From contig NEEC01000112.1 of assembly GCA_002189035.1 (NCBI GenBank), positions 1-64,000 on the forward strand: DNA of 64,000 nt, read 5' to 3'. Origin of the DNA: Utricularia gibba (taxonomy: Eukaryota > Plantae > Magnoliophyta). Made by a program: the position numbers and the translations under genes. Each line of letters opens with the position of its first letter. Positions within the stretch are counted from its first letter, which is position 1. Positions 1 to 12,886 of the stretch are shown in pieces. A model generated the notes under the pieces. The model saw only the letters and a list, made by a program, of their open reading frames with translations, ran no database searches and was not told the DNA's origin.

Positions 1-3000
1 CCGAAAACCCAACGTTAATAAATGCATCACTTTTTTGGCCGGGCTACAAATGACTATGGGCCAGAGCGCGACTCGACCATTTGCTCGATACTAGTGCCAG
101 CCTAGAGCACCTCGTCAAATATAAATCAGGTTGTTGAGAAAACCATTTGGGCGCTCATGACATCATAACTCCATTAAATGCATCACGATTTTCATCGAGT
201 AGGACCCGATTGGGCTAAGGAGCCAGACCAAACCTTGGGCCCTTACAAAGCTGCCAACGACAGCACCACCTTAAAACGGCAAGCTGTTGCTTGAAAAACC
301 ATGTGGGCAGCCGCCGACAACCCAACGTTAATAAATGCATCACTTCTTTTGACGGGCTACAGCTGACTTTGTCCCCAAGCCCGACCGAATTCCGGCCCGA
401 TCTCGGTGACCCACAAAAGCGCCTTCTCAAGTGTATAGCATGCTGTTGAAAAAAGCATTTTGGGTGGTCTTGAGATCCTCACTTCAATAAAGGTATCACG
501 ATTTTCGTCGAATGGGACCTTATTGTGCTGTGAAGTCAGACCGAACCTTGGGTCCGGACGAAGTTCCCAACACAGCACCCGCCAAAAAACGACAACTTTT
601 CCTTGAAAAGCATGTAGGCAGCCGCCGAAAACCCAACGTTAATAAATGCATCACTTTTTTGGCCGGGCTACAAATGACTATGGGCCAGAGCGCGACTCGA
701 CCATTTGCTCGATACTAGTGCCAGCCTAGAGCACCTCGTCAAATATAAATCAGGTTGTTGAGAAAACCATTTGGGGCGCTCATGACATCATAACTTCATT
801 AAATGCATCACGATTTTCATCGAGTAGGACCCGATTGGGCTAAGGAGCCAGACCAAACCTTGGGCCCTTACAAAGCTGCCAACGACAGCACCCACCTTAA
901 AACGGCAAGCTGTTGCTTGAAAAACCATGTGGGCAGCCGCCGACAACCCAACGTTAATAAATGCATCACTTCTTTTGACGGGCTACAGCTGACTTTGTCC
1001 CCCAAGCCCGACCCGAATTCCGGCCCGATTTGGGTGACCCACAAAAGCGCCTTCTCAAGTGTATAGCATGCTGTTGAAAAAAGCATTTGGGTGGTCTTGA
1101 GATCCTCACTTCAATAAAGGTATCACGATTTTCGTCGAATGGGACCTTATTGTGCTGTGAAGTCAGACCGAACCTTGGGTCCGGACGAAGTTCCCAACAA
1201 CAGCACCCGCCAAAAAACGACAACTTTTCCTTGAAAAGCATGTAGGCAGCCGCCGAAAACCCAACGTTAATAAATGCATCACTTTTTTGGCCGGGCTACA
1301 AATGACTATGGGCCAGAGCGCGACTCGACCATTTGCTCGATACTAGTGCCAGCCTAGAGCACCTCGTCAAATATAAATCAGGTTGTTGAGAAAACCATTT
1401 GGGGCGCTCATGACATCATAACTCCATTAAATGCATCACGATTTTCATCGAGTAGGACCCGATTGGGCTAAGGAGCCAGACCAAACCTTGGGCCCTTACA
1501 AAGCTGCCAACGACAGCACCCACCTTAAAACGGCAAGCTGTTGCTTGAAAAACCATGTGGGCAGCCGCCGACAACCCAACGTTAATAAATGCATCACTTC
1601 TTTTGACGGGCTACAGCTGACTTTGTCCCCCAAGCCCGACCCGAATTCCGGCCCGATCTCGGTGACCCACAAAAGCGCCTTCTCAAGTGTATAGCATGCT
1701 GTTGAAAAAAGCATTTGGGGTGGTCTTGAGATCCTCACTTCAATAAAGGTATCACGATTTTCGTCGAATGGGACCTTATTGTGCTGTGAAGTCAGACCGA
1801 ACCTTGGGTCCGGACGAAGTTCCCAACACAGCACCCGCCAAAAAACGACAACTTTTCCTTGAAGAAGCATGTAGGCAGCCGCCGAAAACCCAACGTTAAT
1901 AAATGCATCACTTTTTTGGCCGGGCTACAAATGACTATGGGCCAGAGCGCGACTCGACCATTTGCTCGATACTAGTGCCAGCCTAGAGCACCTCGTCAAA
2001 TATAAATCAGGTTGTTGAGAAAACCATTTGGGGCGCTCATGACATCATAACTCCATTAAATGCATCACGATTTTCATCGAGTAGGACCCGATTGGGCTAA
2101 GGAGCCAGACCAAACCTTGGGCCCTTACAAAGCTGCCAACGACAGCACCCACCTTAAAACGGCAAGCTGTTGCTTGAAAAACCATGTGGGCAGCCGCCGA
2201 CAACCCAACGTTAATAAATGCATCACTTCTTTTGACGGGCTACAGCTGACTTTGTCCCCAAGCCCGACCGAATTCCGGCCCGATCTCGGTGACCCACAAA
2301 AGCGCCTTCTCAAGTGTATAGCATGCTGTTGAAAAAAGCATTTGGGGTGGTCTTGAGATCCTCACTTCAATAAAGGTATCACGATTTTCGTCGAATGGGA
2401 CCTTATTGTGCTGTGAAGTCAGACCGAACCTTGGGTCCGGACGAAGTTCCAACAACAGCACCCGCCAAAAAACGACAACTTTTCCTTGAAAAAGCATGTA
2501 GGCAGCCGCCGAAAACCCAACGTTAATAAATGCATCACTTTTTTGGCCGGGCTACAAATGACTATGGGCCAGAGCGCGACTCGACCATTTGCTCGATACT
2601 AGTGCCAGCCTAGAGCACCTCGTCAAATATAAATCAGGTTGTTGAGAAAACCATTTGGGGCGCTCATGACATCATAACTCATTAAATGCATCACGATTTT
2701 CATCGAGTAGGACCCGATTGGGCTAAGGAGCCAGACCAAACCTTGGGCCCTTACAAAGCTGCCAACGACAGCACCCACCTTAAAACGGCAAGCTGTTGCT
2801 TGAAAAACCATGTGGGCAGCCGCCGACAACCCAACGTTAATAAATGCATCACTTCTTTTGACGGGCTACAGCTGACTTTGTCCCCCAAGCCCGACCCGAA
2901 TTCCGGCCCGATTTGGGTGACCCACAAAAGCGCCTTCTCAAGTGTATAGCATGCTGTTGAAAAAAGCATTTGGGGTGGTCTTGAGATCCTCACTTCAATA

Positions 3001-6000
3001 AAGGTAACACGATTTTCGTCGAATGGGACCTTATTGTGCTGTGAAGTCAGACCGAACCTTGGGTCCGGACGAAGTTCCCAACAACAGCACCCGCCAAAAA
3101 ACGACAACTTTTCCTTGAAGAAGCATGTAGGCAGCCGCCGAAAACCCAACGTTAATAAATGCATCACTTTTTTGGCCGGGCTACAAATGACTATGGGCCA
3201 GAGCGCGACTCGACCATTTGCTCGATACTAGTGCCAGCCTAGAGCACCTCGTCAAATATAAATCAGGTTGTTGAGAAAACCATTTGGGGCGCTCATGACA
3301 TCAAACTCATTAAATGCATCACGATTTTCATCGAGTAGGACCCGATTGGGCTAAGGAGCCAGACCAAACCTTGGGCCCTTACAAAGCTGCCAACGACAGC
3401 ACCCACCTTAAAACGGCATGCTGTTGCTTGAAAAACCATGTGGGCAGCCGCCGACAACCCAACGTTAATAAATGCATCACTTCTTTTGACGGGCTACAGC
3501 TGACTTTGTCCCCCAAGCCCGACCCGAATTCCGGCCCGATCTGGTGACCACAAAAGCGCCTTCTCAAGTGTATAGCATGCTGTTGAAAAAAGCATTTGGG
3601 GTGGTCTTGAGATCCTCACTTCAATAAAGGTATCACGATTTTCGTCGAATGGGACCTTATTGTGCTGTGAAGTCAGACCGAACCTTGGGTCCGGACGAAG
3701 TTCCAACAACAGCACCCGCCAAAAAACGACAACTTTTCCTTGAAGAAGCATGTAGGCAGCCGCCGAAAACCCAACGTTAATAAATGCATCACTTTTTTGG
3801 CCGGGCTACAAATGACTATGGGCCAGAGCGCGACTCGACCATTTGCTCGATACTAGTGCCAGCCTAGAGCACCTCGTCAAATATAAATCAGGTTGTTGAG
3901 AAAACCATTTGGGGCGCTCATGACATCATAACTTCATTAAATGCATCACGATTTTCATCGAGTAGGACCCGATTGGGCTAAGGAGCCAGACCAAACCTTG
4001 GGCCCTTACAAAGCTGCCAACGACAGCACCCACCTTAAAACGGCAAGCTGTTGCTTGAAAAACCATGTGGGCAGCCGCCGACAACCCAACGTTAATAAAT
4101 GCATCACTTCTTTTGACGGGCTACAGCTGACTTTGTCCCCAAGCCCGACCCGAATTCCGGCCCGATTTGGGTGACCCACAAAAGCGCCTTCTCAAGTGTA
4201 TAGCATGCTGTTGAAAAAAGCATTTGGGGTGGTCTTGAGATCCTCACTTCAATAAAGGTATCACGATTTTCGTCGAATGGGACCTTATTGTGCTGTGAAG
4301 TCAGACCGAACCTTGGGTCCGGACGAAGTTCCCAACAACAGCACCCGCCAAAAAAACGACAACTTTTCCTTGAAGAAGCATGTAGGCAGCCGCCGAAAAC
4401 CCAACGTTAATAAATGCATCACTTTTTTGGCCGGGCTACAAATGACTATGGGCCAGAGCGCGACTCGACCATTTGCTCGATACTAGTGCCAGCCTAGAGC
4501 ACCTCGTCAAATATAAATCAGGTTGTTGAGAAAACCATTTGGGGCGCTCATGACATCATAACTCCATTAAATGCATCACGATTTTCATCGAGTAGGACCC
4601 GATTGGGCTAAGGAGCCAGACCAAACCTTGGGCCCTTACAAAGCTGCCAACGACAGCACCCACCTTAAAACGGCATGCTGTTGCTTGAAAAACCATGTGG
4701 GCAGCCGCCGACAACCCAACGTTAATAAATGCATCACTTCTTTTGACGGGCTACAGCTGACTTTGTCCCCCAAGCCCGACCGAATTCCGGCCCGATCTCG
4801 GTGACCCACAAAAGCGCCTTCTCAAGTGTATAGCATGCTGTTGAAAAAAGCATTTGGGTGGTCTTGAGATCCTCACTTCAATAAAGGTATCACGATTTTC
4901 GTCGAATGGGACCTTATTGTGCTGTGAAGTCAGACCGAACCTTGGGTCCGGACGAAGTTCCAACAACAGCACCCGCCAAAAAACGACAACTTTTCCTTGA
5001 AGAAGCATGTAGGCAGCCGCCGAAAACCCAACGTTAATAAATGCATCACTTTTTTGGCCGGGCTACAAATGACTATGGGCCAGAGCGCGACTCGACCATT
5101 TGCTCGATACTAGTGCCAGCCTAGAGCACCTCGTCAAATATAAATCAGGTTGTTGAGAAAACCATTTGGGGCGCTCATGACATCATAACTTCATTAAATG
5201 CATCACGATTTTCATCGAGTAGGACCCGATTGGGCTAAGGAGCCAGACCAAACCTTGGGCCCTTACAAAGCTGCCAACGACAGCACCCACCTTAAAACGG
5301 CAAGCTGTTGCTTGAAAAACCATGTGGGCAGCCGCCGACAACCCAACGTTAATAAATGCATCACTTCTTTTGACGGCTACAGCTGACTTTGTCCCCCAAG
5401 CCCGACCCGAATTCCGGCCCGATTTGGGTGACCCACAAAAGCGCCTTCTCAAGTGTATAGCATGCTGTTGAAAAAAGCATTTGGGGTGGTCTTGAGATCC
5501 TCACTTCAATAAAGGTATCACGATTTTCGTCGAATGGGACCTTATTGTGCTGTGAAGTCAGACCGAACCTTGGGTCCGGACGAAGTTCCCAACAACAGCA
5601 CCCGCCAAAAAACGACAACTTTTCCTTGAAGAAGCATGTAGGCAGCCGCCGAAAACCCAACGTTAATAAATGCATCACTTTTTTGGCCGGGCTACAAATG
5701 ACTATGGGCCAGAGCGCGACTCGACCATTTGCTCGATACTAGTGCCAGCCTAGAGCACCTCGTCAAATATAAATCAGGTTGTTGAGAAAACCATTTGGGG
5801 CGCTCATGACATCATAACTCCATTAAATGCATCACGATTTTCATCGAGTAGGACCCGATTGGGCTAAGGAGCCAGACCAAACCTTGGGCCCTTACAAAGC
5901 TGCCAACGACAGCACCCACCTTAAAACGGCAAGCTGTTGCTTGAAAAACCATGTGGGCAGCCGCCGACAACCCAACGTTAATAAATGCATCACTTCTTTT

Positions 6001-9000
6001 GACGGGCTACAGCTGACTTTGTCCCCCAAGCCCGACCCGAATTCCGGCCCGATCTCGGTGACCCACAAAAGCGCCTTCTCAAGTGTATAGCATGCTGTTG
6101 AAAAAAGCATTTGGGGTGGTCTTGAGATCCTCACTTCAATAAAGGTATCACGATTTTCGTCGAATGGGACCTTATTGTGCTGTGAAGTCAGACCGAACCT
6201 TGGGTCCGGACGAAGTTCCCAACAACAGCACCCGCCAAAAAACGACAACTTTTCCTTGAAGAAGCATGTAGGCAGCCGCCGAAAACCCAACGTTAATAAA
6301 TGCATCACTTTTTTGGCCGGGCTACAAATGACTATGGGCCAGAGCGCGACTCGACCATTTGCTCGATACTAGTGCCAGCCTAGAGCACCTCGTCAAATAT
6401 AAATCAGGTTGTTGAGAAAACCATTTGGGGCGCTCATGACATCATAACTTCATTAAATGCATCACGATTTTCATCGAGTAGGACCCGATTGGGCTAAGGA
6501 GCCAGACCAAACCTTGGGCCCTTACAAAGCTGCCAACGACAGCACCCACCTTAAAACGGCAAGCTGTTGCTTGAAAAACCATGTGGGCAGCCGCCGACAA
6601 CCCAACGTTAATAAATGCATCACTTCTTTTGACGGGCTACAGCTGACTTTGTCCCCCAAGCCCGACCGAATTCCGGCCCGATTTGGGTGACCCACAAAAG
6701 CGCCTTCTCAAGTGTATAGCATGCTGTTGAAAAAAGCATTTGGGGTGGTCTTGAGATCCTCACTTCAATAAAGGTATCACGATTTTCGTCGAATGGGACC
6801 TTATTGTGCTGTGAAGTCAGACCGAACCTTGGGTCCGGACGAAGTTCCCAACGACAGCACCCGCCAAAAAACGACAACTTTTCCTTGAAGAAGCATGTAG
6901 GCAGCCGCCGAAAACCCAACGTTAATAAATGCATCACTTTTTTGGCCGGGCTACAAATGACTATGGGCCAGAGCGCGACTCGACCATTTGCTCGATACTA
7001 GTGCCAGCCTAGAGCACCTCGTCAAATATAAATCAGGTTGTTGAGAAAACCATTTGGGGCGCTCATGACATCATAACTCCATTAAATGCATCACGATTTT
7101 CATCGAGTAGGACCCGATTGGGCTAAGGAGCCAGACCAAACCTTGGGCCCTTACAAAGCTGCCAACGACAGCACCCACCTTAAAACGGCATGCTGTTGCT
7201 TGAAAAACCATGTGGGCAGCCGCCGACAACCCAACGTTAATAAATGCATCACTTCTTTTGACGGGCTACAGCTGACTTTGTCCCCCAAGCCCGACCTGAA
7301 TTCCGGCCCGATCTCGGTGACCCACAAAAGCGCCTTCTCAAGTGTTAGCATGCTGTTGAAAAAAGCATTTGGGGTGGTCTTGAGATCCTCACTTCAATAA
7401 AGGTATCACGATTTTCGTCGAATGGGACCTTATTGTGCTGTGAAGTCAGACCGAACCTTGGGTCCGGACGAAGTTCCCAACAACAGCACCCGCCAAAAAA
7501 CGACAACTTTTCCTTGAAGAAGCATGTAGGCAGCCGCCGAAAACCCAACGTTAATAAATGCATCACTTTTTTGGCCGGGCTACAAATGACTATGGGCCAG
7601 AGCGCGACTCGACCATTTGCTCGATACTAGTGCCAGCCTAGAGCACCTCGTCAAATAAAATCAGGTTGTTGAGAAAACCATTTGGGGCGCTCATGACATC
7701 ATAACTTCATTAAATGCATCACGATTTTCATCGAGTAGGACCCGATTGGGCTAAGGAGCCAGACCAAACCTTGGGCCCTTACAAAGCTGCCAACGACAGC
7801 ACCCACCTTAAAACGGCAAGCTGTTGCTTGAAAAACCATGTGGGCAGCCGCCGACAACCCAACGTTAATAAATGCATCACTTCTTTTGACGGGCTACAGC
7901 TGACTTTGTCCCCAAGCCCGACCCGAATTCCGGCCCGATTTGGGTGACCCACAAAAGCGCCTTCTCAAGTGTTATAGCATGCTGTTGAAAAAAGCATTTG
8001 GGGTGGTCTTGAGATCCTCACTTCAATAAAGGTAACACGATTTTCGTCGAATGGGACCTTATTGTGCTGTGAAGTCAGACCGAACCTTGGGTCCGGACGA
8101 AGTTCCCAACGACAGCACCCGCCAAAAAACGACAACTTTTCCTTGAAGAAGCATGTAGGCAGCCGCCGAAAACCCAACGTTAATAAATGCATCACTTTTT
8201 TGGCCGGGCTACAAATGACTATGGGCCAGAGCGCGACTCGACCATTTGCTCGATACTAGTGCCAGCCTAGAGCACCTCGTCAAATATAAATCAGGTTGTT
8301 GAGAAAACCATTTGGGGCGCTCATGACATCATAACTCCATTAAATGCATCACGATTTTCATCGAGTAGGACCCGATTGGGCTAAGGAGCCAGACCAAACC
8401 TTGGGCCCTTACAAAGCTGCCAACGACAGCACCCACCTTAAAACGGCATGCTGTTGCTTGAAAAACCATGTGGGCAGCCGCCGACAACCCAACGTTAATA
8501 AATGCATCACTTTTTTGACGGGCTACAGCTGACTTTGTCCCCAAGCCCGACCGAATTCCGGCCCGATCTCGGTGACCCACAAAAGCGCCTTCTCAAGTGT
8601 ATAGCATGCTGTTGAAAAAAGCATTTGGGGTGGTCTTGAGATCCTCACTTCAATAAAGGTATCACGATTTTCGTCGAATGGGACCTTATTGTGCTGTGAA
8701 GTCAGACCGAACCTTGGGTCCGGACGAAGTTCTTAACAACAGCACCCGCCAAAAAACGACAACTTTTCCTTGAAAAGCATGTAGGCAGCCGCCGAAAACC
8801 CAACGTTAATAAATGCATCACTTTTTTGGCCGGGCTACAAATGACTATGGGCCAGAGCGCGACTCGACCATTTGCTCGATACTAGTGCCAGCCTAGAGCA
8901 CCTCGTCAAATATAAATCAGGTTTGAGAAAACCATTTGGGGCGCTCATGACATCATAACTCCATTAAATGCATCACGATTTTCATCGAGTAGGACCCGAT

Positions 9001-10844
9001 TGGGCTAAGGAGCCAGACCAAACCTTGGGCCCTTACAAAGCTGCCAACGACAGCACCCGCCTTAAAACGGCAAGCTGTTGCTTGAAAAACCATGTGGGCA
9101 GCCGCCGACAACCCAACGTTAATAAATGCATCACTTCTTTTGACGGGCTACAGCTGACTTTGTCCCCCAAGCCCGACCCGAATTCCGGCCGATTTGGGTG
9201 ACCCACAAAAGCGCCTTCTCAAGTGTATAGCATGCTGTTGAAAAAAGCATTTGGGGTGGTCTTGAGATCCTCACTTCAATAAAGGTAACACGATTTTCGT
9301 CGAATGGGACCTTATTGTGCTGTGAAGTCAGACCGAACCTTGGGTCCGGACGAAGTTCCCAACAACAGCACCCGCCAAAAAACGACAACTTTTCCTTGAA
9401 GAAGCATGTAGGCAGCCGCCGAAAACCCAACGTTAATAAATGCATCACTTTTTTGGCCGGGCTACAAATGACTATGGGCCAGAGCGCGACTCGACCATTT
9501 GCTCGATACTAGTGCCAGCCTAGAGCACCTCGTCAAATATAAATCAGGTTGTTGAGAAAACCATTTGGGGCGCTCATGACATCATAACTCCATTAAATGC
9601 ATCACGATTTTCATCGAGTAGGACCCGATTGGGCTAAGGAGCCAGACCAAACCTTGGGCCCTTACAAAGCTGCCAACGACAGCACCCACCTTAAAACGGC
9701 ATGCTGTTGCTTGAAAAACCATGTGGGCAGCCGCCGACAACCCAACGTTAATAAATGCATCACTTCTTTTGACGGGCTACAGCTGACTTTGTCCCCCAAG
9801 CCCGACCTGAATTCCGGCCCGATCTCGGTGACCCACAAAAGCGCCTTCTCAAGTGTATAGCATGCTGTTGAAAAAAGCATTTGGGTGGTCTTGAGATCCT
9901 CACTTCAATAAAGGTATCACGATTTTCGTCGAATGGGACCTTATTGTGCTGTGAAGTCAGACCGAACCTTGGGTCCGGACGAAGTTCCTTAACAACAGCA
10001 CCCGCCAAAAAACGACAACTTTTCCTTGAAAAGCATGTAGGCAGCCGCCGAAAACCCAACGTTAATAAATGCATCACTTTTTTGGCCGGGCTACAAATGA
10101 CTATGGGCCAGAGCGCGACTCGACCATTTGCTCGATACTAGTGCCAGCCTAGAGCACCTCGTCAAATATAAATCAGGTTGTTGAGAAAACCATTTGGGGC
10201 GCTCATGACATCATAACTTCATTAAATGCATCACGATTTTCATCGAGTAGGACCCGATTGGGCTAAGGAGCCAGACCAAACCTTGGGCCCTTACAAAGCT
10301 GCCAACGACAGCACCCACCTTAAAACGGCAAGCTGTTGCTTGAAAAACCATGTGGGCAGCCGCCGACAACCAACGTTAATAAATGCATCACTTCTTTTGA
10401 CGGGCTACAGCTGACTTTGTCCCCCAAGCCCGACCCGAATTCCGGCCCGATTTGGGTGACCCACAAAAGCGCCTTCTCATGTTTAGCATGCTGTTGAAAA
10501 AGCATTTGGGGTGGTCTTGAGATCCTCACTTCAATAAAGGTATCACGATTTTCGTCGAATGGGACCTTATTGTGCTGTGAAGTCAGACCGAACTTGGGTC
10601 CGGACGAAGTTCCAACAACAGCACCCGCCAAAAAACGACAACTTTTCCTTGAAGAAGCATGTAGGCAGCCGCCGAAAACCCAACGTTAATAATGCATCAC
10701 TTTTTTGGCCGGGCTACAAATGACTATGTGCCAGAGCGCGACTCGACCATTTGCTCGATACTAGTGCCAGCCTAGAGCACCTCGTCAAATATAAATCAGG
10801 TTGTTGAGAAAACCATTTGGGGCTCATGACATCCTAACTTCATT
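1..10844. repeat. Domain 1: ~628 bp 4-monomer HOR (A'-p-B-q), 17 full copies plus a partial copy at the window start
   Basis: Unit starts at 176, 801, 1429, 2058, 2684, 3312, 3939, 4569, 5196, 5825, 6455, 7084, 7712, 8342, 8966, 9595 and 10224. Reference unit 5825-6454 has monomers of 158/158/157/157 bp. Diagnostic k-mers: GTAGGACCCG, GGGACCTTATT, TTTGTCCCC, GAGCACCTCGTC, and an EcoRI site GAATTC in p. Confidence 0.95.
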
Positions 10845-12257
10845 AAATGCATCACGATTTTCATCGAGTAGGACCCGATTGGGCTCAGGAGCCAGACCAA
10901 ACCTTGGCCCTTACAAAGCTGCCAACGACAGCACCCGCCTTAAAACGGCAAGCTGTTGCTTGAAAAACCATGTGGGCAGCCGCCGACAACCCAACGTTAA
11001 TAAATGCATCACTTTTTGACGGGCTACAGCTGACTAAAGCCCGACCTGATTCGGCCCGATCCCGTGACCCCCAAAAGCCTTCTCAAATATAAAGCATGCT
11101 GTTGAAAAAGCATTTGGGGTTCTCATGAGATCCTAACTAAATAAAGGTATCACGATTTTCGTCGAATGGGACCCGATTGGGCTTGTAGCCAGACCGAACC
11201 TGGGCCCTGACGAAGTTCCCAACTACAGCACCCAAAAAAACGCAACTTTCCTTGAAAAACCATTTGGCAGCCGCCGAAAACCCAACGTTATAAATGCATC
11301 ACTTTTTTCCGGGCTACAATGACTATGGGCCTGAGCCCGACCCGACCTCTGGCTGAGCGCCTTCTCAAATATAAATAGGTGTTGAGAAAACCATTTGGGT
11401 TCTCATGACATCCTAACTAAAGCAAATGCATTACGATTTCGTCGAGTACGACCCGATTGGGCTTAGTAGCCAGATCGAACCTGACAAAGAGCACCCGCCT
11501 TAAAACGGCAAGCTATTGCTTGAAAAACCATTTTGAAAACCCAACGTTGATAAATGCATCACATTTTCCGGGCCACAACTGACTATGGCCTGAGCCCGAC
11601 CCGACCAGCGGAGCGCCTTCTCCAAACCAATTGGGTTCTCATGACATCCTAACTATGCATTACGATTTTCGTCGAGTGCGACTCGATTGGGCAGCCAGAC
11701 CGAAGACAAAGCTCCAACGACAGCACCCGCCTTAAAACGGCAAGCTGTTGCTTGAAAAACCATGTGGGCAGCCGCCGACAACCCACGTTAATAAATGCAT
11801 CACTTCTTTTGACGGGCTACAGCTGACTTTGGCCAAGCCCGACCCGAATTCCGGCCGATCTCGGTGACCCACAAAAGCGCCTTCTCAAGTGTAAAGCATG
11901 CTGTTGAAAAAAGCATTTGGGGTGGTCATGAGATCCTAACTTCAATAAAGGTATCACGATTTCGTCGAATGGGATCGGATTGTGCTGTGAAGTCAGACCG
12001 AACCTTGGGTCCGGACGAAGTTCCCAACAACAGCACCCGCAAAAAACGACAACTTTTCCTTGAAAAAGCATGTAGGCAGCCGCCGAAAACCCAACGTTAA
12101 TAAATGCATCACTTTTTTGGCCGGGCTACAAATGACTATGGCCAGAGCGCGACTCGACCATTTGCTCGATACTAGTGCCAGCCTAGAGCACCTCGTCAAA
12201 TATAAATCAGGTTGTTGAGAAAACCATTTGGGGCGCTCATGACATCATAACTTCATT
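10845..12257. repeat. Degenerate, deletion-rich junction segment: ten shortened monomers blending domain-1 and 10-mer sequence
   Basis: Ten monomer remnants fit in ~1,410 bp instead of ~1,570 bp. Base-level mosaics of B and C occur at ~11141-11290. C2/s2 markers CAGATCGAA (~11470) and GGCCACAACT (~11571) are present. Confidence 0.8.
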
Positions 12258-12886
12258 AAATGCATCACGATTTTCATCGAGTAGGACCCGATTGGGCTAA
12301 GGAGCCAGACCAAACCTTGGGCCCTTACAAAGCTGCCAACGACAGCACCCACCTTAAAACGGCAAGCTGTTGCTTGAAAAACCATGTGGGCAGCCGCCGA
12401 CAACCCAACGTTAATAAATGCATCACTTCTTTTGACGGGCTACAGCTGACTTTGTCCCCCAAGCCCGACCCGAATTCCGGCCCGATTTGGGTGACCCACA
12501 AAAGCGCCTTCTCATGTTTAAAGCATGCTGTTGAAAAAAGCATTTGGGGTGGTCTTGAGATCCTCACTTCAATAAAGGTATCACGATTTTCGTCGAATGG
12601 GACCTTATTGTGCTGTGAAGTCAGACCGAACCTTGGGTCCGGACGAAGTTCCCAACAACAGCACCCGCCAAAAAACGACAACTTTTCCTTGAAGAAGCAT
12701 GTAGGCAGCCGCCGAAAAACCCAACGTTAATAAATGCATCACTTTTTTGGCCGGGCTACAAATGACTATGCCAGAGCGCGACTCGACCATTTGCTCGATA
12801 CTGGTGCCCGCCTAGAGCGCCTCCTTAAATATAAATCAGGTTGTTGAGAAAACCATTTGGGGTTCTCATGACATCCTAACTTCAGT
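12258..12886. repeat. Isolated domain-1-type 628 bp unit (A'-p-B-q)
   Basis: Carries domain-1 markers GTAGGACCCG, TTTGTCCCCC, GAATTC and GGGACCTTATT. Its q monomer ends with the downstream-type GAGCGCCTCC. Confidence 0.9.
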
